Shown here in pieces: positions 56,560-64,000 of a DNA stretch of 64,000 bases. The DNA is from an uncultured virus (IMG/VR IMGVR_UViG_3300034091_000431) (lineage: Duplodnaviria; Heunggongvirae; Uroviricota; Caudoviricetes). The DNA lies in IMG/VR virus record IMGVR_UViG_3300034091_000431, one strand, 5' to 3'. The position numbers were made by a program, and so were the translations under genes. The notes below the pieces were generated by a model. The model did not search any database and was not told the DNA's origin. It worked only from the letters and a program-made list of their open reading frames with translations. Within the stretch, counting starts at the first letter, position 1; each line of letters opens with the position of its first letter.

Positions 56560-58222
56560 TGCGGTCCGCGATGTGCGTGCACTCGTGGATCGCGGCGGCG
56601 TAGAGCCACTTGAGGTCGGTGTCCTGGGCCGGTCGCCAGATCTCGCTTCGAGTCGTCACGTCCTTGAAGGGGTTCAGCATGATCCACTTCTCGGTTCTGC
56701 CTTCTCGATCTTCGTCCGTAATTGCTTGGGCGGCGGCGTCCTCGGAGAACACGAAGCCGACGCCGAAGTGCTCCTCGCTCCCGAGCTGCATGAGCACGTA
56801 CCGACAGAGCTCGGTCCAGGTCTTCGCGAGCTTCAAGATCGTGGGCGTCATCGACTCCGGGTAGAACTTCTTCGGGACGCGGTAGCCCTCGACCTCGTTC
56901 ACGAGGAAGAAGTCTGGCTCCCAGACGAGCTGCTTGACCGCCGCTTCGAGGTGGTTCGGGCCGAGGAAGTGCTGGTCGAGCATGACGTGCGCGACCGCCG
57001 CGGAGGGCGTCGACTGGAGCCGCTCCTCTTCGCCGCGGGCGTACGACGCCACCGTGTGGATGATGGCGTCGGCGTCGCTGGCGGATAGCTCCCCGGCGCC
57101 GTACGAGCCGATCTGCTCTAGGGCTTGCGCTGCGCGTTCCCGGGCGTGGAACTTCCCCGTCCCTTCGAACTTCTGCCGGATGAGGCCCGCCTTGCTCTTG
57201 AGCGCCGAGAGGTTGTCCTTTGCGATGCGCTCCGCGAGCTTTTCGATGGCGCTCGAGAGGTGGTAGTCGCGGAACCCGTCGCGATTCGCGGTCAGGATCT
57301 CGATCGACGGCGCAATGAGCTCGACCAACACAAAACCCGGGACTTCGCCGATATAATTGGAAAACATGTAGAGTCCGCGCGTGCGGACGTACATGTACGA
57401 CTGCTTCGAATCGGCCGGAGTGAAGTAGATGTCGGCCTTGTCGGGCACTTGGTTGACGAGGTTGACGCCCCGCAGGTCCGCGCTGGCTAGTGCTCCGTTG
57501 ACCGTGAAGTGGATGTTGGGGAGGTCGCACTTTTGGAGGAACCCGAGCGCGATGGCGTCGGTCGTGCACTTGTCCGGCGGCATGACGACGTCGAGCCTCG
57601 TGCCCTGACGCATCGGTCCTCGGGTCACGGTGTAGTCGATGCCGGCGCCCTCGACGATCGTGTCCCTGGAGTGCACTCGCCAGGAGATCCAGGGGAGCAG
57701 GAGGAGCTCCTTCGCCTTGCCGAACCCGCCGGCGGCGCCGCTCGGGCCGGTTTTCGTCGTCCCGCCGAGCACGAGGAACTTGTTGACGATGGTGTCCTCG
57801 TCCATCCCGCGGCCGTCGTCGTCGCACGAGACGAGCTTCGTCCCGTCGTCCTGGTCGACCGCGCTGAGAGCGATGTTCTTGCCGCCGCCGTCGACCGAGT
57901 TCTGTACGGCCTCGCGCCACCACTTGATCGGCCAGTCGTTGTAGTCCTTCAGGGCCGTGATGAAGAACTGGGCGCCGATGGTGATCGTGCGCTTTTCGCC
58001 CTCGCGGACTAGCTGTTCGCGCGTGCCCGGGTGCGGCGACGTCGTCACCTCGACCGTCACGAGGCGTCCCCGATCGTCGTAGACCTCCCCGCGGAAGACG
58101 GCGTGGCCGGCCTCCAGCATGGCCATCATCGGGAAGTACGCGCCGGAGCCCGAGCGCACGGCGTAGAGGCCTGGCGTGGCGGCGGTGACTTGCAGGGCAG
58201 TCTCGAGGATGGTTGCTTTCAC
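56480..58222 (-). CDS. GHKL (Hsp90/MORC-like) ATPase with C-terminal HEXXH zincin-like domain
   Basis: REAVQNSVD, DDDGRGM, GGFGKA, QGT; AIHECTH...YHDE. Confidence 0.8.
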   Translation of the reverse strand: MKATILETALQVTAATPGLYAVRSGSGAYFPMMAMLEAGHAVFRGEVYDDRGRLVTVEVTTSPHPGTREQLVREGEKRTITIGAQFFITALKDYNDWPIKWWREAVQNSVDGGGKNIALSAVDQDDGTKLVSCDDDGRGMDEDTIVNKFLVLGGTTKTGPSGAAGGFGKAKELLLLPWISWRVHSRDTIVEGAGIDYTVTRGPMRQGTRLDVVMPPDKCTTDAIALGFLQKCDLPNIHFTVNGALASADLRGVNLVNQVPDKADIYFTPADSKQSYMYVRTRGLYMFSNYIGEVPGFVLVELIAPSIEILTANRDGFRDYHLSSAIEKLAERIAKDNLSALKSKAGLIRQKFEGTGKFHARERAAQALEQIGSYGAGELSASDADAIIHTVASYARGEEERLQSTPSAAVAHVMLDQHFLGPNHLEAAVKQLVWEPDFFLVNEVEGYRVPKKFYPESMTPTILKLAKTWTELCRYVLMQLGSEEHFGVGFVFSEDAAAQAITDEDREGRTEKWIMLNPFKDVTTRSEIWRPAQDTDLKWLYAAAIHECTHIADRISYHDESFAAGPGARARSSPTCAACR

Positions 58223-58223
58223 A

Positions 58224-58898
58224 CTAGAACCCCAGCGTAGCCTCGACGATGGCGAGCTCCGTATCGAGCTCCTTTTTCGTGATGCTGGGGTTGTCCCGCC
58301 TGAGCTCCTTGGAGAGCTCGCGCCGGACTTCGGCGGGCCTGTCGACCATCTCCTGCACGAACCGCTTGCGCTCCTCTTCGGTCTTCGGCTTCCTGAACTC
58401 CATGTGTTCTCTCCTCAGCGTATAGTAGTCGGGTCTGTTGAACCGTGTGTAGTCCCAGTTTGGTGGAGCGTACTCGTCGTTGAATGGTGAGACGCTCTCC
58501 ACGACGAAACCGTTTCGCACGTAGAGCTTCACGAGTCCCTCGCCGAAGCACTCAAGGTAGTTTACCCCGTCGTGCTCGACGACGTAGTGAAGGAGGACCT
58601 GCCCCATACCATCCTTCGCTGTGCTGAAGAGTGCCGTGCCTTCGATGCGGCCGTCACCGTGATCTTTTACCGCGATGCCGGCGGTGGCGCTCGAGGACAA
58701 GTAGCGGGCGAGCGTGTCCTCAAGCTCGCGCTGGGAGTAGTGCGAGACGAACGCTCCGTAAGGGTTACTAGGTCCCATGGCGCGTTCGAAGACGTTGTAG
58801 AACTCGTCGGCGTCGACTTCGACGATGCGCGGGTCGTCGGTGGGTTGGCCGATTTCACGGAGTCGGCGACGTCGTTCCCGTGCGCTGAAAGGAGTCAT
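58224..58898 (-). CDS. GNAT-like domain protein with in-frame small C-terminal module
   Basis: ALFS...GMGQVLL...LECFGEGLVKLY-x-GF...YAPPNW; internal RBS and ATG at 58403. Confidence 0.5.
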   Translation of the reverse strand: MTPFSARERRRRLREIGQPTDDPRIVEVDADEFYNVFERAMGPSNPYGAFVSHYSQRELEDTLARYLSSSATAGIAVKDHGDGRIEGTALFSTAKDGMGQVLLHYVVEHDGVNYLECFGEGLVKLYVRNGFVVESVSPFNDEYAPPNWDYTRFNRPDYYTLRREHMEFRKPKTEEERKRFVQEMVDRPAEVRRELSKELRRDNPSITKKELDTELAIVEATLGF

Positions 58899-60043
58899 CG
58901 CTTGGAGTAGTAGGGGGCGATGGGGCGGCGACCGCGTCGCGCTTCGCGCGCCTTCCCCGCCGGCACCAGTGACGGTTCAACGTAGTACCTCGAGCTGAAC
59001 CCGAAGCTCTCGCCGTACCCGAACCCCGGGTATTGGTAGAAGAGCGCGACCGGTTCGTTACCCTTGCGCGGGTCGTTGAGCGATGCGATCAAGACTTCGT
59101 TATCCCTCGGCGGCACCTGGAGTCCGCGAGAGCGCAGGTCCTGGCCGTCGATCTCGACCAGGCCCGCTTTGAGCGGGTCGGTCTTGGCTCGGTACTCGGC
59201 GGAGAGGCGCTTCCACTCCTCCTCGTAGCGCTTGTACTTCTTGACGGCGTCGCTGTCTCGGCGGGGGTAGCGACCTCGACGGCCGTAGGCTTCGCACGCT
59301 TCGTTGGCGTGTGTGACTCGTCCACCTCTGAGTTTCCAGGATAGGGCTCGATCTCCAGGCCCGTACAGGAAGCGCTCTCCCTTGTGAGGCGACATGTTCG
59401 ATTCGAAGCCTACTGCGGCCCAACTGCCGTCCGGCAGTTTGACGGCGTCAGCGTCGGAGTAGATCAGGTGTTTTGAGTAAGCGAGTGCTTCGCTTCGTGT
59501 GTTGAATCCTTGCTGTCCTACTGTGGGCGTGCGTTTCGCTTCTCGAGCTTCCGGCGCCGTCTTCTCCCGCGCCTCCCTGTTGAAGTCGAGCACCATCTCC
59601 GCCAGCCACTCTTCCTGCGACTTGAGCATCTCCTCGAAGCCCTCGAAGAACTCCTTACTCTCCGAAACCTCTCGCTTCGTGTCCCACGTGAGCTGCTGGA
59701 ACATATTGCGCGCGATCTTGAGGGCGTGCGCCTTGGTCTCGATGGGTAGGACGCTGTTCGGGTCCCTCTGGCGCATGCGCTCCGCCTCGATCATCTGGTC
59801 CCACACCCAGTCCTGGAAGTAGGAGCTGGCGATCTGTTCGGCGGCGTAGTTGGAGCCGCGCTTGCGGTCGTCGTTCTCGGGTTCTCGTCGTTTGCGTGCC
59901 ATCGTCTCCTCCTTGCCTCGGTAACCGTGAGAGTACGCCGCTGCGGCCTGTTTCTCAGCCTTCTTCCTCGCCCCCGGGCCGCAGTAGACGTGTCCGTGCT
60001 CGCCCCACTGGAAGCACCCGGGCCGGGGAGAATGGATGGGCAT
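58895..60043 (-). CDS. multi-module hypothetical protein
   Basis: Short N-terminal QWGEHG-x-Y module; further modules separated by AxEA-basic linkers. Confidence 0.7.
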   Translation of the reverse strand: MPIHSPRPGCFQWGEHGHVYCGPGARKKAEKQAAAAYSHGYRGKEETMARKRREPENDDRKRGSNYAAEQIASSYFQDWVWDQMIEAERMRQRDPNSVLPIETKAHALKIARNMFQQLTWDTKREVSESKEFFEGFEEMLKSQEEWLAEMVLDFNREAREKTAPEAREAKRTPTVGQQGFNTRSEALAYSKHLIYSDADAVKLPDGSWAAVGFESNMSPHKGERFLYGPGDRALSWKLRGGRVTHANEACEAYGRRGRYPRRDSDAVKKYKRYEEEWKRLSAEYRAKTDPLKAGLVEIDGQDLRSRGLQVPPRDNEVLIASLNDPRKGNEPVALFYQYPGFGYGESFGFSSRYYVEPSLVPAGKAREARRGRRPIAPYYSKR

Positions 60044-63000
60044 CTACCGCTTCTTGGGTGGAGCGTGGTGGGCGCTCCGCGTGGGCGCCGGAGCGGGAGC
60101 CGGACGCGCGGGCGGATGGTGCGGTGGCTGGAGCCGTTGCATGTACGCACGGCGTCCAGGCAGCGGATTACCGCGGGAGTCGAATCCAGGGCGCCCGGCG
60201 CGGCGGGAGGGGCGGTGGCGAGCCTCGCTCAGAGGCACCTCGTGCATCACTGCCTCCTCTTCGTGCACCTTCCCCTTCGGGCTCCGACGCACCTCGTACT
60301 CCCCGTCATCGCGTTGGGCGTAGCTGACCGCTTCTTCGATGGCGTCGGCGACTTCCGGCGGAGGCGCCCATTCTGGTACGTCGTCACCGCGATTTATGCC
60401 CGAGTAGTACGAAGCGAAGCTGACGGCGCTACCGGCCATCTTGTCGTACGCCTCGGGCGAGTCGTCCGGGTATCCGTAGCCGCGTCCCGACGAGACGCCT
60501 CCGACGCCGCTGGCCAGGTCGTCGAACTTCCAGGTGTACTTACCCACCCGGACGGTACCGGCGTAGTTCGCTCGGTTGTCGTCGGTCCGGCCGACGTTCT
60601 CGATCGTGATGACTGCGTCACCGATGTATCGCTTGGCCATCATCGCCTCCGTGCTGGCGCGCGACGGCGTGCGGTTGGTGCCGGTTTCGGAGCGGATGGT
60701 GGAGGGGGAGGCGGCGCTGGTGCTGGCTCAGGCTCTTCCTCTTCTTCATCGTCCATGAGCCCCGCGACGAGGTCCTCGACGTCCTGCTTGTCCTGGATCG
60801 CTTCCAGAACGCGCCCGAGCTGGTCGAGCTCGTGCCACCCCAGGTTCCCGATCGGCTCGTAGCCCATGTCCTCGAGCCGGTCGCCGCCAGGGGCGGCAGC
60901 GAGCGTGCGAAAGAGGATCGTCGGGTAGTCCGTCGGTCCGTGGTCGTAGTTCGGGAGCCAGCTCTTGAGCTCTCCGATGAGTGCAGCGATTTCTTTGCGG
61001 GGCTTGGACATGGTCAATCTCCTACGTTGCTGACGAACTCTTCTTCACCGCCGTAGTACGCCAGGTAGGCGATTGCGGCTGCGACGAGGGCCTTCTCGCG
61101 ATCCTCGTCGTCCATGTCGGCGAACTCCACGATCGAGACGCTCTTGTCGTCGCCGCTGTACGAGCCGCGGTGCTTGCCTTTCGGGTCGAGCAGCTCGTCG
61201 AGCTCGACCTCGGCGTACTGCTTGCTGACCTCTTCGCCCTCCGGCTGCTCCTCGCCGTTGGCGGCCTCGATGTCGGTCCACTCCGTGATTTCTACGGAGT
61301 GCCCGCGGGTCTGCACCTTCAAGCCGCTGGTCGGCTCGTCCTTGTCGGGACCGTAGGATTCGTAGTCGACGTCGAGGTCGCCGAGTAGGACCTCGTTCCG
61401 GAACGCTTCGTCTTCGTCGGCGAGATATTCCGCTCCCGCGATCTTGCCGCTCGACCATTTCACCCCGTCGGGGATGTCGATCTCATGGGACCACCCGCCA
61501 GGTCCTTCATCGGCCACGCCATAGTCGAGTAGCGCCTCTGCGATGACAACCGCGCGCTGAGTTGGTGTGAAATCGGCTTCGAGCGTCTCCTCGCTCATGC
61601 CGACGGAGTTGAGTGCACTCTGTACGTCGTCGTTCTCCAGGGCCAGGTCGGCGGCATCGAAGTACGCCACGCGGGTCCAGAACGGGAAACCGACGTCGAA
61701 CGCTTCTCCGTCACCGACGTGCTCGCGTACCGGCTGGATCTTGATGAGCTCGATGGAGCGTCCGTCGGCGGTAGCGATGGTAGCGCCGTACGCACTAGGG
61801 TTCATGTCGCCGCTGATCTGCTCCCAGTCCATCGTCGGAATGGTGATTTCGAAACTCTTACCTGTTCGGCTTCGTCGAGCCATCAGTTCACCCTCCAGTA
61901 CACAAGCCCCGACCCCGTCTCGTGCGAGTTGCCGTCGTAGCGCGCCAGGAAATGCTCCCAGCCGTCCGTGTCGACGGCGTCCTCGGCGGCGGCGTCGATG
62001 TCGATGCTGGCGATTTCGATGGCGTGTTTTGCAGCCTCGTCGCCGTAGATGTCTTCGAGGTACCGCATGGGGTCCTCGAGTTCGACTTCGATCTGCTTTT
62101 CGGCGAGCTCCTCGATTTCCGTGCTTGTGGGCTCCGGACGTTCCCCGTCTTCGTCTTCTTCCGGGGCATCGAACCCTTCTCGTTCGTAGTCCTTCCAGAA
62201 GTTTTCCGGGTTTCGCTCAGCCTCGTAGGTCAGATCGTCGATGCGCGAGTTGAGTGAATCTCCTTTCAATTCATCGCGCAGCTTATCCGTGTTGATGTGG
62301 CTCTCGATGAAGTCCTTGTTGAACAGTTCCGGTTCCTGTTCCAGGTCCTGCTTCACGACCGCCACTGCCAGGGCGTACGCCTGGTCGTAGTTCTGGGCGA
62401 CGTGGTACTCCTCGACGCCCCACTCGACCTGGTACACGGTACCCTCGCCGAAGCTCGACATGCCGCGATCCTCCCCGATCACGCACTCCTCGATGTCGGC
62501 CTCCATGTCGGCCGCGACATCGACCAGGACCGCCTCCTCGTCGCCGTAATCGATCTCGGTCTTCTTTTTCTGACGGGGCATCACTCTCCTCCTTCGACGG
62601 GTTCGGTTGCGACGATCTGACCGCTCGCGAGGTCGACGAACCCCACGTGCCTGAACTTCCAGCCGATGCCGACTTCCGTGTCGGGCATCGCCTCGGGCGG
62701 CGCCTTGAACGTGCAGTCCGGGCCGTACTTCAAGAACTGGACCGCTCCCAGCTGGGAGCTATCGAGCGCCACGCACTGGTACGCGGCCCACTTGCCGCCC
62801 CGGCGAGCGATCGCCGTAAACGTCTGCCGGTTGATCTTGCCGTCACCGATAAGCCTGTCCATCACGCCCTCCACTCTATCTCGCCCTGAAACGCTTGCGG
62901 GAGCTCCGACGTCGGCACGCCGATCGTCTTCAAGATCTTCCGGAGCTCCTCGTACTCTTGGACGGCGACCTCCTCGAGATATTCTTTCTCCGAGTCGCTT

Positions 63001-63254
63001 TCAATCCCCCAGAGCCCACCGCTCGTCAGGGTCTGGACGACCCCCTCGATGACGACGTCGGCCTCGGCGTGGACGCCGACGAACGAGAACTCGCCGGCCT
63101 GAAACGCCGCCAGGCGCTCCTCGAAGTCCTCTTGCTCGAGGTACGAGACGTCCGGGTCGGGGTCGTGCTCGACGACCACGCGTACCTGTTCCAGCTTGGC
63201 CGGCGCCCGCCGAGCGGGAGCCTCGACGACGCCCGGGCGGCGCGTAGCACTCAT
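60044..63254 (-). other. six coupled hypothetical genes, mostly acidic with basic termini (60044-60643, 60640-61017, 61014-61883, 61883-62584, 62581-62874, 62862-63254)
   Basis: ORF track; overlapping start and stop codons. Confidence 0.7.
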
Positions 63255-63338
63255 CTTGTACGCGGAGTGTCGCTCAGTTTTAGCGGGGGTGCAACCGTCC
63301 TTGACCGAGACCACAACCGGGACTACATTTTTCACATC

Positions 63339-63548
63339 ATGCAGCTTACGGTTGAATTCGATCGCGAAGTGGACGGGCGCCACATCGCCGAGGTGCTGGA
63401 GCTTCCAGGCTGCCTCGTCTATGGCCGAACGCGTTCAGAAGCGGAAACTCGTGTGCGCGCATTGGCGCTTCACATCCTTGCCGATCAGGTGGATCACGGC
63501 GAGCGGGACGCGCAAGACATCGAGGAGCTCTTCTTCGAGGCGGCATGA
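63339..63548 (+). CDS. hicB: HicB-family antitoxin (short, no DNA-binding domain)
   Basis: EVDGRHIAEVLELPGCLVYGRTRSEA. Confidence 0.85.
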   Translation: MQLTVEFDREVDGRHIAEVLELPGCLVYGRTRSEAETRVRALALHILADQVDHGERDAQDIEELFFEAA

Positions 63549-63760
63549 GTCGTCGTTGGCCGGCAACGAAAGCCACGCGTGTACTTGCGGCGCTCAAACG
63601 GATCGGTTGGCGAGAGACCAGAGTTGTTGGCTCGCACCGAACTCTTGAACGCGAAGGGTGGGAACCGTATTCGTTTTCGTTTCACGACAAGGAAGAGATT
63701 GGTCCTCGCATGCTTGCGAGGATCGCCAAGCTGACCGGGCTGGAGCCGGGGGATCTATGA
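63545..63760 (+). CDS. hicA: HicA-family mRNA interferase toxin
   Basis: L-xIGW...GSH...FH-x-EIGPRMLARI-xK-xGL. Confidence 0.88.
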   Translation: MSRRWPATKATRVLAALKRIGWRETRVVGSHRTLEREGWEPYSFSFHDKEEIGPRMLARIAKLTGLEPGDL

Positions 63761-63954
63761 AGCGGCAGTCGCGCACTATGTCGCTCCGCGATGTCAAAGC
63801 GAGATTGAGTGAAGCGATCGACTCTTCGCAGGGCAGCTACGTGCTCGTGACCCGTCACGGTAAGCCGGCGGCCGTAATTGTGGGAGTAGAAGGTGCCGAC
63901 GTACTGGATGTGCTTAGGCGTTTTGAAAAACATGCTCACCCGATTCCGCGCTGA
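63757..63954 (+). CDS. Phd/YefM-family antitoxin
   Basis: SLRDVKARLSE...VLVTRHGKPAAVIV. Confidence 0.85.
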   Translation: MKRQSRTMSLRDVKARLSEAIDSSQGSYVLVTRHGKPAAVIVGVEGADVLDVLRRFEKHAHPIPR

Positions 63955-64000
63955 CCCGCGCAAGGTGAGGGTCGCTATCCGGCGCGACGGGGCCGAGTGG

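Noticed and set aside
1..64000. Assignment to a specific virus family or host, or prophage att sites
   Set aside because: No capsid, terminase, portal, integrase or host housekeeping flank is recognisable in this window.

Overview
GC-rich, gene-dense segment of a large bacterial virus or prophage-like element. No capsid, terminase, portal or integrase gene is recognisable in this window, and the host cannot be determined from sequence alone. Layout: (i) 1-14 kb holds small membrane-anchored proteins, RadC/JAB, GroES-like, an S53 peptidase, an SF2 helicase, and a PTH2-like hydrolase followed by two atypical tRNA-like genes. (ii) 15-26.5 kb is a replication module: RuvC-like resolvase, intein-containing family A DNA polymerase, DNA methyltransferase, SNF2-like helicase, PD-(D/E)XK nuclease, primase-polymerase/VirE helicase and an iteron-rich putative origin. 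(iii) 26.5-56.5 kb is long runs of small accessory genes (ASCH, NUDIX, ParB, ThyX, UvrD, DUF192, rhomboid, many RHH regulators). (iv) 56.5-64 kb is a leftward block (GHKL ATPase-zincin, acidic proteins) followed by a hicB-hicA-phd cluster. Most notable unexplained features: a family of at least seven proteins sharing an N-terminal G-x-x-V-(P/V)-G-F-(AL)-G leader, most with a C-terminal membrane anchor around unrelated cargo (candidate sorting/processing system); the PTH2 plus non-canonical tRNA operon; and a duplicated operator-cargo-mini-LacI cassette. All product calls come from motif recognition by eye, not from database searches.
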